Sequence record: PQ303785.1
From: Escherichia phage LYE-01
Strand: one strand, 5' to 3'
Length of the DNA stretch: 64,000 nucleotides
Shown: in pieces, positions 12,716 to 20,996 of the stretch
How the letters are laid out: every line of letters starts with the position of its first letter
Numbering within the stretch: position 1 is the stretch's first letter
The notes under the pieces: model-generated
Databases searched by the model: none
What the model was told of the DNA's origin: nothing
What the model saw: the letters and a program-made list of their open reading frames with translations, nothing else
Position numbers and translations under genes: made by a program

Positions 12716-13243
12716 ATGAGCGAATGGTTTGAAGAAGATAAGGTTTATCGCTTTAAAGCTGGATATAAAGATATTTTTAATGAAACTTGCGGAGCTAATA
12801 AACGAATTGCACAGTTTATTGGGGAAAATTCATTTAAAGTAAAAATAGATCCTGCGAAAAATGTTATTAGCATTAAACGTGAAATTGATGATTGCTGGTA
12901 TAAAGCTGTTGATGTAATGGGTGAATCCTATAAAGTTAGTCCGTTATTTTCAATTGCTTATATGTTAGAATATTCTTTTTTCGAAGAAGTTCAAAAAGAT
13001 GATTCTGTCAGTAAATTTGAAATTAAAGCTGATAAAGAAATTAAATGGAAAGTAGTAGGTATTACTGGTTGTATGTTCTATATCTATGCTCAAACTGATA
13101 CGAAGGAAGAAGCTAAAAAGAAAGCTCTAGAATATCTTGAAGAGTATGAAGAAGGTCCGGTAATGATTACTCAAGATGCCGAATTAGTTTCTGTCAAATT
13201 AGTTAAAAACGTTGAAAGTAAGGAGCTTGGATCAACATGCTAA
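12716..13243 (+). CDS. hypothetical protein, 175 aa
   Basis: ORF with GAGGAAA RBS. Confidence 0.5.
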   Translation: MSEWFEEDKVYRFKAGYKDIFNETCGANKRIAQFIGENSFKVKIDPAKNVISIKREIDDCWYKAVDVMGESYKVSPLFSIAYMLEYSFFEEVQKDDSVSKFEIKADKEIKWKVVGITGCMFYIYAQTDTKEEAKKKALEYLEEYEEGPVMITQDAELVSVKLVKNVESKELGSTC

Positions 13244-13473
13244 GCGAAAAACCAATTACTGTTAAAGAATTCCAAGAAAAAGTTAAACTATTTGCTCAGG
13301 AATTGGTAAATAAGGTTTCTGAACGATTTCCTGAAACATCGGTTCGTGTTATTACCGAAACTCCTCGTTCAGTATTAGTAATTGTGAATCCAGGTGATGG
13401 TGACCAAATAACACATCTCAAATTGGATTTTGATGGATTAGTTGAAGCACAAAGGGTGTATGGCGTACTATGA
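13237..13473 (+). CDS. hypothetical protein, 78 aa
   Basis: ORF. Confidence 0.45.
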   Translation: MLSEKPITVKEFQEKVKLFAQELVNKVSERFPETSVRVITETPRSVLVIVNPGDGDQITHLKLDFDGLVEAQRVYGVL

Positions 13474-13808
13474 TGAATTTAACTGATATAATTGATAATT
13501 GTCTTGAAAATGATACTGGCGATCATAGAGCGCTTGATTCTGAAACAGCACAGTTCATTAGAATAACTTTAATGAATGATACTCTAGTGAATAGTATTCA
13601 TCCTTCTGTGTATGATGCTATTATTGTGACGAAGTATCCAGTTGAGCTTCACAAAAAGATGGCTGGTGCAATTTTTATTGATAAGAAAAACCGCTTTAAA
13701 GATGGGCAGAATATAATTAGTTCTGTTATTAAAAGTATAACTAAACTTCGTCACGAAATTTATCGTGTTGAAACTGCTAAATCTGCTTATCTGGTGATTA
13801 TGAAATGA
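13470..13808 (+). CDS. hypothetical protein, 112 aa
   Basis: ORF. Confidence 0.45.
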   Translation: MMNLTDIIDNCLENDTGDHRALDSETAQFIRITLMNDTLVNSIHPSVYDAIIVTKYPVELHKKMAGAIFIDKKNRFKDGQNIISSVIKSITKLRHEIYRVETAKSAYLVIMK

Positions 13809-14386
13809 AAGCGAGTACAGTACTTCAAATTGCATATTTAGTATCACAAGAATCAAAATGTTGCTCCTGGAAGGTAGGAGCAGTAATTGAAAAGAATGGA
13901 CGTATTATTTCTACTGGGTATAATGGTTCGCCTGCAGGTGGTGTGAATTGCTGTGATTATGCTGCTGAGCAAGGTTGGTTGCTGAATAAGCCTAAACATA
14001 CTATCATTCAAGGTCATAAGCCTGAATGCGTATCATTTGGTTCAACTGATCGTTTTGTCTTAGCGAAAGAACACCGCAGCGCTCATTCTGAATGGTCGTC
14101 TAAAAATGAAATTCATGCTGAACTAAATGCAATTTTGTTTGCTGCACGAAATGGTTCTTCAATTGAAGGTGCTACTATGTATGTAACACTTTCTCCTTGC
14201 CCAGATTGTGCAAAAGCGATAGCTCAATCTGGAATTAAAAAGCTGGTTTATTGTGAAACATACGATAAAAATAAACCTGGCTGGGATGATATTCTGCGAA
14301 ATGCGGGTATTGAAGTGTTTAATGTTCCTAAGAAAAACTTGAATAAGTTAAACTGGGAAAATATCAACGAATTCTGTGGTGAATAA
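13805..14386 (+). CDS. cd: dCMP deaminase
   Basis: 193 aa; cytidine/dCMP deaminase zinc motifs HAE...PCxxC (HAELNAILFAA...SPCPDCAKAI). Confidence 0.9.
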   Translation: MKASTVLQIAYLVSQESKCCSWKVGAVIEKNGRIISTGYNGSPAGGVNCCDYAAEQGWLLNKPKHTIIQGHKPECVSFGSTDRFVLAKEHRSAHSEWSSKNEIHAELNAILFAARNGSSIEGATMYVTLSPCPDCAKAIAQSGIKKLVYCETYDKNKPGWDDILRNAGIEVFNVPKKNLNKLNWENINEFCGE

Positions 14387-14622
14387 TGAAATTTCGTTTG
14401 GTACAACTCACAGCAATTAGTTCTTATTCCAACGAGAACATTTCATTTGCTGTAGAGTATAAGAAATATTTTTTCTCTAAATGGAAACAGTATTATAAGT
14501 CAGACTGGGTTTGTATTGATAGACCGTATAGTTGGAAATCTGATTTAGAAAAATGCCAAAAACTGCTTTCCACTCTTAAAGAACGTGGAACAACTCATAT
14601 TAAAACTGTGATAGGTAAATAA
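14386..14622 (+). CDS. hypothetical protein, 78 aa
   Basis: ORF. Confidence 0.45.
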   Translation: MKFRLVQLTAISSYSNENISFAVEYKKYFFSKWKQYYKSDWVCIDRPYSWKSDLEKCQKLLSTLKERGTTHIKTVIGK

Positions 14623-14931
14623 ATGAAACTGACGACTGAACAGAAAGTAGCAATTCGTGAAATTTTGAAAACTAAATTGTCCATGGGTATTTCAAACGTA
14701 GTTTTTGAAAAGTCTGATGGTACTATTCGTACTATGAAAGGTACTCGTGATGCAGACTTTATGCCAACCATGCAAACCGGTAAATTGACTGAATCAACTC
14801 GGAAAGAATCTACTGATATGATTCCAGTATTTGATGTTGAGCTTGGTGCATGGCGAGGTTTTTCTATTGACAAATTGATTTCTGTTAATGGTATGAAAGT
14901 TGAGCATTTGCTTCAATTTATTGGTAAATAA
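14623..14931 (+). CDS. hypothetical protein, 102 aa
   Basis: ORF. Confidence 0.45.
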   Translation: MKLTTEQKVAIREILKTKLSMGISNVVFEKSDGTIRTMKGTRDADFMPTMQTGKLTESTRKESTDMIPVFDVELGAWRGFSIDKLISVNGMKVEHLLQFIGK

Positions 14932-14932
14932 A

Positions 14933-14957
14933 TGCTTTAAGAATTATTTGTTATTAT
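14933..14957 (+). promoter_or_regulatory. candidate MotA-dependent middle promoter upstream of gene 31
   Basis: TGCTTTA MotA-box-like at 14933, about 12 nt, then TATTAT. Confidence 0.35.
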
Positions 14958-14987
14958 TAATTCATCTGTTAACAAAAAGGAAAAACG

Positions 14988-15323
14988 ATGTCTGAAATAC
15001 AACAGCTACCAATTCGTGCTGTCGGTGAATATGTTATTTTAGTTTCTGAACCTGCGCAAGCCGGTGATGAAGAAGTTACAGAATCAGGACTTATTATCGG
15101 TAAACGTGTTCAAGGTGAAGTTCCTGAACTGTGTGTAATTCACTCTGTCGGTCCTGATGTTCCTGAAGGTTTTTGTGAAGTTGGTGATTTGACTTCTCTT
15201 CCAGTTGGTCAAATTCGAAACGTTCCGCATCCTTTTGTAGCTCTGGGTCTTAAGCAGCCAAAAGAAATTAAACAAAAATTCGTTACCTGTCACTATAAAG
15301 CTATTCCATGTCTTTATAAGTGA
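14988..15323 (+). CDS. 31: co-chaperonin gp31 (GroES-like)
   Basis: 111 aa, [39 protein letters not shown]... Confidence 0.9.
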   Translation: MSEIQQLPIRAVGEYVILVSEPAQAGDEEVTESGLIIGKRVQGEVPELCVIHSVGPDVPEGFCEVGDLTSLPVGQIRNVPHPFVALGLKQPKEIKQKFVTCHYKAIPCLYK

Positions 15324-15331
15324 TATAAATA
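15324..15331 (+). promoter_or_regulatory. late promoter motif TATAAATA
   Basis: Exact TATAAATA overlapping the gene 31 stop, upstream of rIII. Confidence 0.35.
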
Positions 15332-15470
15332 ATAATATGAATTGGGTGTCGGAATAATAAGTTAACCGAACAATTCTATGTGGTAGTCTACAACTGAGAG
15401 ATCTGTCGAAAGAAGATGAAATTCAGAAGAACGTGACTACCGAGTTTTAATCTCTAACGAGAATTTTTAA

Positions 15471-15719
15471 ATGATTAAACAATTACAACACGCTCTTGAA
15501 CTGCAACGAAACGCATGGAATAATGGTCACGAAAACTATGGCGCATCTATTGATGTTGAAGCCGAAGCTCTTGAAATCCTGCGTTATTTCAAACATCTGA
15601 ATCCTGCTCAAACTGCATTAGCTGCTGAGCTTCAGGAAAAAGATGAACTTAAATATGCTAAGCCTCTGGCTTCTGCTGCACGAAAAGCAGTTCGTCACTT
15701 TGTGGTAACATTGAAGTAA
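15471..15719 (+). CDS. rIII: rIII lysis-inhibition accessory protein
   Basis: 82 aa, position downstream of gene 31 as in T4. Confidence 0.75.
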   Translation: MIKQLQHALELQRNAWNNGHENYGASIDVEAEALEILRYFKHLNPAQTALAAELQEKDELKYAKPLASAARKAVRHFVVTLK

Positions 15720-15964
15720 TTTATTGGAGATTCACTGCCTTAGTGTGAGCTAAAATCGAGGAGCCGTCGAACTGTCTGATTAATGATTTGCGAATCATTA
15801 TAGTTTTAAGACCCCGGCAGTTTTACGGTGTACCTCTTGAATGTGAATGATGACGGGTTTATGGTTATCCTGGTCGTTAAATATCCAAAAACCTATGTTC
15901 CCCTTGAGGGCTTGCGCAGGCAATGCCAATAAGTCCTGCATTTTCATTTAAAAGAGAATTTATA

Positions 15965-16141
15965 ATGGCAAAACAAGCTAAAGCAAAGAAAGCAGTTGAA
16001 AAGAAAGTTGGTGATTCTAAACGCGCTGGTTACAAGCGTGGGTCGAACTCTCGTATCAATCAAACTGTTGAGAAGATCATGCGCCGAGCACGTGCGGTTC
16101 TTCGAGATGATGCTTCTCGTTTTGGTAAGCAGAAAGCATAA
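15965..16141 (+). CDS. small highly basic protein, 58 aa (30.9 position)
   Basis: MAKQAKAKKAVEKKVGDSKRAGYKRGSNSRINQ...; an alternative ATG at 15923 gives 72 aa. Confidence 0.5.
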   Translation: MAKQAKAKKAVEKKVGDSKRAGYKRGSNSRINQTVEKIMRRARAVLRDDASRFGKQKA

Positions 16142-16144
16142 GTT

Positions 16145-16172
16145 GAGGACTCCTTCGGGAGTCCTTTTTTAT
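16145..16172 (+). terminator. Rho-independent terminator
   Basis: GGACTCC TTCG GGAGTCC hairpin plus T6. Confidence 0.7.
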
Positions 16173-16194
16173 TTTCCAAAGATTGCACAAAGTT

Positions 16195-16243
16195 GTTTAC
16201 AGTATAGTTCCTTTGTGATAGTATTATCTTACACAAACAAAGG
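16195..16243 (+). promoter_or_regulatory. T4-type early promoter with stem-loop
   Basis: GTTTACA at 16195, 17-nt spacer, TAGTAT; CCTTTGT/ACAAAGG inverted repeat. Confidence 0.45.
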
Positions 16244-16251
16244 AGAATAAA

Positions 16252-16584
16252 ATGAAAACGATTAATCTGAACGCTGCGGTTAAAGCTAAATGTTTCAATG
16301 GTGAATATAACGAAACTATGTGGTTCTTAATGGCAGTTGAAGGTGATATTATTGAAGTAGAAACAACAGAAGGTATGGGAACAGATTTCACCTTTACAAT
16401 TCAAGTTCATAATTTCTTTACTGGTTGGATTTATGAATTGAATACAGTAATCGTTGGAAAAATTGAACAAAATGAATTAGGTGAATGGTATTATGTTACA
16501 GCTCGCCAACGTGCAGAACGCTTAATTGAGAAGATGAAAAAAGTTGGCAAACTTGACATGCAGCACTGGAAAGTAGTAAAATAA
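16252..16584 (+). CDS. hypothetical protein, 110 aa
   Basis: ORF with AAGGAGA RBS. Confidence 0.5.
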   Translation: MKTINLNAAVKAKCFNGEYNETMWFLMAVEGDIIEVETTEGMGTDFTFTIQVHNFFTGWIYELNTVIVGKIEQNELGEWYYVTARQRAERLIEKMKKVGKLDMQHWKVVK

Positions 16585-16586
16585 TT

Positions 16587-16626
16587 GTTTACTTTGGTAC
16601 AGGATATGATATTATATACCTGTACC
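16587..16626 (+). promoter_or_regulatory. T4-type early promoter with stem-loop
   Basis: GTTTAC at 16587, TATTAT at 16610, inverted repeat GGTACAGG/CCTGTACC. Confidence 0.5.
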
Positions 16627-16652
16627 GCAATTAAACATCTTGGAGAATAAAA

Positions 16653-17018
16653 ATGAACTACATCAACTTTGAACGTAAATATGTTTCTAACGGTATTGCA
16701 GGTTCTATTGATACTATTTGCCTTTGGAAACATCAAAATGGATCAGTATGCGAAATTGAACAGTATATGACTCCTAACTACGTTTATATGCGATTTGAAA
16801 ATGGCATCACGGTTTCAATCACGAAAGAAGGTTCTTCTTTTAAAATCGCATTAGATGATGATTTCCGTCAACGCGATTTAGGTACTCATCCTTGCTGGAA
16901 TGGCGTCAATCGTAAGCTTCTGGTTAAAACTTGGATTCGTCATATTCTGAGTAACAGAGCTAAACCTGAGCATCTTGAAGCGATCTTTGATGTAGTTCTT
17001 AATGAATTTGATATTTAA
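16653..17018 (+). CDS. hypothetical protein, 121 aa
   Basis: ORF with GGAGAA RBS. Confidence 0.5.
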   Translation: MNYINFERKYVSNGIAGSIDTICLWKHQNGSVCEIEQYMTPNYVYMRFENGITVSITKEGSSFKIALDDDFRQRDLGTHPCWNGVNRKLLVKTWIRHILSNRAKPEHLEAIFDVVLNEFDI

Positions 17019-17026
17019 AATAAAAT

Positions 17027-17042
17027 AGGGGCTTCGGCCCCT
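17027..17042 (+). terminator. GC hairpin (UUCG-type tetraloop), probable terminator or RNA stability element
   Basis: GGGGC TTCG GCCCC. Confidence 0.45.
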
Positions 17043-17058
17043 TACTGAGGAAAATACT

Positions 17059-17346
17059 ATGTTTATGACTACTTATTTTGATACTCGTAAAAATTTTTGC
17101 GAAGTAGTTTTCTCTAAGGCGCCTAAAGACCTTCCTGCTCATTTGCAGCCTACCAGTGAATCGATTAAAAACTACGTTAATGTAGTATGTCCTTTAGAGT
17201 TCCGTACTGTAAATGGGCGTGATACTCTAGCTATCGCTAAACTCAATCGTGAAATTGACATTGACCCTTCAATTGCGCGTGAAATTAACATTTCTGATAT
17301 TGACGGCGGTAATGTTAAATCGCATGGTTTTCAGATGAGGTTCTAA
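17059..17346 (+). CDS. hypothetical protein, 95 aa
   Basis: ORF with GAGGAAAA RBS. Confidence 0.5.
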   Translation: MFMTTYFDTRKNFCEVVFSKAPKDLPAHLQPTSESIKNYVNVVCPLEFRTVNGRDTLAIAKLNREIDIDPSIAREINISDIDGGNVKSHGFQMRF

Positions 17347-17543
17347 TGAAATTCTTTTTGGGTCAAACTGTTGAATTAAAGGGAGTCGGTATACCTGGAT
17401 TAATTTCTAAGGTTCTACCTCCATTTAAATGGAGTGGTATTCAAATAAAAGAGGCTTATATTGTTTCCTGGGTAGATGGAAATGAAGACCTTCGTATGGG
17501 TGATGAATTATCTCCTATCTATGGATTAAAGGAATTAGTATGA
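17346..17543 (+). CDS. hypothetical protein, 65 aa
   Basis: ORF, TAATG overlap with upstream gene. Confidence 0.45.
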   Translation: MKFFLGQTVELKGVGIPGLISKVLPPFKWSGIQIKEAYIVSWVDGNEDLRMGDELSPIYGLKELV

Positions 17544-17746
17544 ATATAATTAATAAGATTTTTGGAATTCAGTACATTAAGGTCACATATAAAGTAACGT
17601 ATAAAGGTCCGTATACCGATGAACATGAAGAACCACAAGTTAAGTCTATTATATTAGAAAAGGACCCTAACTGGCCAGTTGAATTTCGTCTTCCTTGCTA
17701 TGGTCATTGGGCTGATGTTGAAATTATAAGTATTGAAAATGTCTGA
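17540..17746 (+). CDS. hypothetical protein, 68 aa
   Basis: ORF, ATGA overlap. Confidence 0.45.
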   Translation: MNIINKIFGIQYIKVTYKVTYKGPYTDEHEEPQVKSIILEKDPNWPVEFRLPCYGHWADVEIISIENV

Positions 17747-18197
17747 GCTAGAAATAAGAAGCAATTTTAGATGGCCATCATGTGCATTAAGCAATTTCGC
17801 CCAATGGCCTTTCGTTATGGATGGTATCCAATTTGGAGGTCTCGAAGGATTCCTTCAAGGATGTAAGGTGAAAAATGCTGAACAACAACGTCGTATATTT
17901 GGGTTATCCGGGCTTGCCGCCCAACAAGCTGGAAGGTCTTATGCTAGAGCTCAAGACCGTGGGACCCTCTTCTGGCTTGGAGTTCCGTTTTCAAGATACT
18001 CTCCAGCGTGGAAAGAATTATACACAAATGCATACTTTGAAGCAGCGATCCAAAACAAGGGCTTTCGTGATGCATTACAAGCCTCGAAAGGAAAAGTTTT
18101 GAAGCACAGCATGGCTAGTGGTCTAACAAAAGATGATACAATACTAACCGAAGCTGAATTTATTGATGTGTTAAACCTATTAAGAGACTCTCTATGA
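17739..18197 (+). CDS. NADAR/YbiA-like (DUF1768-like) domain protein, about 152 aa
   Basis: LSNFAQWPFVMDGIQFGGLEGFLQGCK resembles the core of E. coli YbiA as I recall it (FSNFAAWPIKVDGKTWPTSEHYFQAQKF); ATG 17739 preferred over TTG 17733. Confidence 0.55.
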   Translation: MSELEIRSNFRWPSCALSNFAQWPFVMDGIQFGGLEGFLQGCKVKNAEQQRRIFGLSGLAAQQAGRSYARAQDRGTLFWLGVPFSRYSPAWKELYTNAYFEAAIQNKGFRDALQASKGKVLKHSMASGLTKDDTILTEAEFIDVLNLLRDSL

Positions 18198-19033
18198 AGC
18201 CTACTATTTTAACTGATATTGATGGAGTATGTTTAAGCTGGCAATCAGGTCTTCCTTATTTTGCTCAAAAATATAATCTTCCATTAGAACATATTTTAAA
18301 AATGATCCAAGATGAGAAATTTATTTCTCCAGGTAAACTCTTTAATTGTGACGAAGAACTTGGCGTCAAGTTAATTGAAAAATACAATCGTTCAGATTTT
18401 ATTCGTTACTTGTCTCCGTATAAAGATGCCCTGTGTGTAATTAACAAATTAAAGGAAGATTATAATTTTGTAGCTGTTACAGCATTGGGCGATTCTATTG
18501 ACGCTCTGTTGAATCGTCAATTTAATTTGAATGCTCTTTTTCCTGGTGCCTTCTCAGAAGTAATGATGTGTGGTCATGATTCTTCAAAAGAAGAGCTGTT
18601 CAAAAAGGCAAAAGAGAAATATAACGTAATTTGTTATATTGACGATCTCGCTCATCACTGCGATCATGCAAGTGAAATATTAAATGTTCCTGTTTATTGG
18701 ATGGCTCGAGGGGAGCGTGATAATATTCCAAAAACTGCTCAGCGAGTTTATACATGGAATGATGTAGAAAATAAGCTTTTTTCGCCGAAGGAAAATAAAG
18801 AAAGTTTTGATAGTGAAAAAGCTATAAAAGATTTAATTGAGAAGATGGTTAAAAACGATTCTTTTCCTTGGAACACTACCTGGAGAACGCCTGGATTAAA
18901 TCCTTATAATCATCTATATCATCCATATCAGACACATCCGTTTCAGACATGGAACTATATTAAACCTGGTGGCATAGAGTATTTGTATAATAGACCTACT
19001 AGTGGTGATAATATTTTTCAAGGAGCATTCTAA
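18194..19033 (+). CDS. hypothetical protein with HAD-like N-terminal DxDxV motif, 279 aa
   Basis: LTDIDGV at the N-terminus; ATGA overlap with upstream ORF. Confidence 0.5.
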   Translation: MKPTILTDIDGVCLSWQSGLPYFAQKYNLPLEHILKMIQDEKFISPGKLFNCDEELGVKLIEKYNRSDFIRYLSPYKDALCVINKLKEDYNFVAVTALGDSIDALLNRQFNLNALFPGAFSEVMMCGHDSSKEELFKKAKEKYNVICYIDDLAHHCDHASEILNVPVYWMARGERDNIPKTAQRVYTWNDVENKLFSPKENKESFDSEKAIKDLIEKMVKNDSFPWNTTWRTPGLNPYNHLYHPYQTHPFQTWNYIKPGGIEYLYNRPTSGDNIFQGAF

Positions 19034-19302
19034 TGTTTGTTGTTCATACTATTTATGAAAATGAAGGTAATACTACACGTGATTACGGTCACGTAAATCA
19101 ATTTTTTAGATGCAATCCAGAATTCCGTGCTCAAAAAGACGAACGAATTTTTAAAAAATGTGTAGAACAAGGTTTCATTTACGTCAAGCACTGGATGCAA
19201 GGAAATAAAGTTAGAACTACATATCATAGGTCTTTGCCTGAGCTTAATGATGAATTGATTTATAATAGAGCTGTAAACCAAACCTTGAAGGATGAGCAAT
19301 GA
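19033..19302 (+). CDS. hypothetical protein, 89 aa
   Basis: ORF, coupled to ligase gene. Confidence 0.45.
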   Translation: MFVVHTIYENEGNTTRDYGHVNQFFRCNPEFRAQKDERIFKKCVEQGFIYVKHWMQGNKVRTTYHRSLPELNDELIYNRAVNQTLKDEQ

Positions 19303-20759
19303 TTCTTAAAATTCTGAATGAAATAGCATCTATTGGATCAACTAAGCAGAAGCAAGCAATTCTTGAAAAGAATAAAGATAATGAATTGCTTAAACGAGTA
19401 TATCGTCTGACTTATTCTCGTGGGTTACAGTATTATATCAAGAAATGGCCTAAGCCTGGTATTGCTACCCAGAGTTTTGGAATGCTGACTATTACCGATA
19501 TGCTTGACTTCATTGAATTCACGTTAGCTACTCGGAAATTGACTGGAAATGCAGCAATTGAGGAATTAACTGGATATATCACTGATGGTAAAAAGGATGA
19601 TGTTGAAGTTTTGCGTCGGGTTATGATGCGAGACCTTGAATGCGGTGCTTCAGTATCTATTGCAAACAAAGTTTGGCCAGGTTTAATTCCTGAACAACCT
19701 CAAATGCTGGCAAGTTCTTATGATGAAAAAGGCATTAGTAAGAATATCAAGTTTCCAGCCTTTGCGCAGTTAAAAGCAGATGGAGCTCGGTGTTTTGCTG
19801 AAGTCCGAGGCGATGAATTAGATGATGTTCGTCTTTTATCGCGAGCTGGTAATGAATATCTAGGATTAGATCTTCTTAAGGAAGAGTTAATCAAAATGAC
19901 TGCTGAAGCCCGCCAGATTCATCCAGAAGGTGTGTTAATTGATGGCGAATTGGTATACCATGAGCAAGTTGAAAAGGAACCAGAAGGCCTAGATTTTCTT
20001 TTTGATGCTCCTGAAATCAGTAAAGCTAAAGAGTTTGCCGAAGTAGCTGAATCTCGTACTGCTTCTAATGGAATCGCTAATAAATCTTTAAAGGGAACTA
20101 TTTCAGAAAAAGAAGCCCAATGTATGAAGTTTCAGGTCTGGGATTATGTTCCGTTGGTAGAAATATACGGTCTTCCGGCGTTTCGTTTAAAATATGATGT
20201 ACGTTTTTCTAAACTAGAACAAATGACATCAGGATATGATAAAGTAATTTTAATTGAAAACCAAGTAGTAAATAACCTAGATGAAGCTAAGGTAATTTAT
20301 AAAAAATATATTGACCAAGGTCTTGAAGGTATTATTCTCAAAAATACCGATGGATTGTGGGAAAATGCTCGTTCAAAAAATCTCTATAAATTTAAAGAAG
20401 TAATTGATGTTGATTTAAAAATTGTAGGAATTTATCCTCACCGTAAAGACCCTACTAAAGCGGGTGGATTTATTCTTGAATCAGAGTGTGGAAAAATTAA
20501 AGTAAATGCTGGTTCAGGCTTAAAAGATAAAGCCGGTGTAAAATCACATGAACTTGACCGTACTCGCATTATGGAAAACCAAAATTATTATATTGGAAAA
20601 ATTCTAGAGTGCGAATGCAATGGTTGGTTAAAATCTGATGGTCGCACTGATTACGTTAAATTATTTCTTCCAATTGCGATTCGTTTACGTGAAGATAAAA
20701 CTAAAGCTAATACATTCGAGGATGTATTTGGTGATTTTCATGAGGTAACTGGTTTATGA
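19299..20759 (+). CDS. 30: ATP-dependent DNA ligase
   Basis: 486 aa, MILKILNEIASIGSTKQKQAIL...; adenylation lysine motif KADGAR. Confidence 0.95.
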   Translation: MILKILNEIASIGSTKQKQAILEKNKDNELLKRVYRLTYSRGLQYYIKKWPKPGIATQSFGMLTITDMLDFIEFTLATRKLTGNAAIEELTGYITDGKKDDVEVLRRVMMRDLECGASVSIANKVWPGLIPEQPQMLASSYDEKGISKNIKFPAFAQLKADGARCFAEVRGDELDDVRLLSRAGNEYLGLDLLKEELIKMTAEARQIHPEGVLIDGELVYHEQVEKEPEGLDFLFDAPEISKAKEFAEVAESRTASNGIANKSLKGTISEKEAQCMKFQVWDYVPLVEIYGLPAFRLKYDVRFSKLEQMTSGYDKVILIENQVVNNLDEAKVIYKKYIDQGLEGIILKNTDGLWENARSKNLYKFKEVIDVDLKIVGIYPHRKDPTKAGGFILESECGKIKVNAGSGLKDKAGVKSHELDRTRIMENQNYYIGKILECECNGWLKSDGRTDYVKLFLPIAIRLREDKTKANTFEDVFGDFHEVTGL

Positions 20760-20944
20760 AAGCTTACTTAGAAACAATTGTCGTGGCTCAAAAAGAAGGT
20801 GGAGATGTTTCTACTTCGGTATCACAAGTCATTCTCGAATTTGTAGATGCATATGCTTATAATAAATTTACAGAAACATTTGATGCCTACGAAAAAGGTC
20901 CAAAGTTTGAAATATATCGTACTCTCTTACCACTAGATTATTAA
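20756..20944 (+). CDS. hypothetical protein, 62 aa
   Basis: ORF overlapping ligase stop. Confidence 0.45.
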   Translation: MKAYLETIVVAQKEGGDVSTSVSQVILEFVDAYAYNKFTETFDAYEKGPKFEIYRTLLPLDY

Positions 20945-20966
20945 AGGCCTTCGGGCCTTTAATTTT
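20944..20966 (+). terminator. Rho-independent terminator closing the early gene block
   Basis: AAGGCC TTCG GGCCTT hairpin then T-rich tract. Confidence 0.6.
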
Positions 20967-20973
20967 ATAAATA
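20966..20973 (+). promoter_or_regulatory. late promoter TATAAATA upstream of Alt-like genes
   Basis: Exact TATAAATA 24 nt upstream of ATG 20997. Confidence 0.5.
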
Positions 20974-20996
20974 GAATAAACACTAGAGAGGATATG

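Noticed and set aside
15720-15964. Possible tRNA or CRISPR-like element in the rIII-downstream interval
   Set aside because: No tRNA hallmarks (T-loop GTTCxAxxC, cloverleaf) and no regular repeat-spacer periodicity; kept only as a low-interest structured non-coding region.
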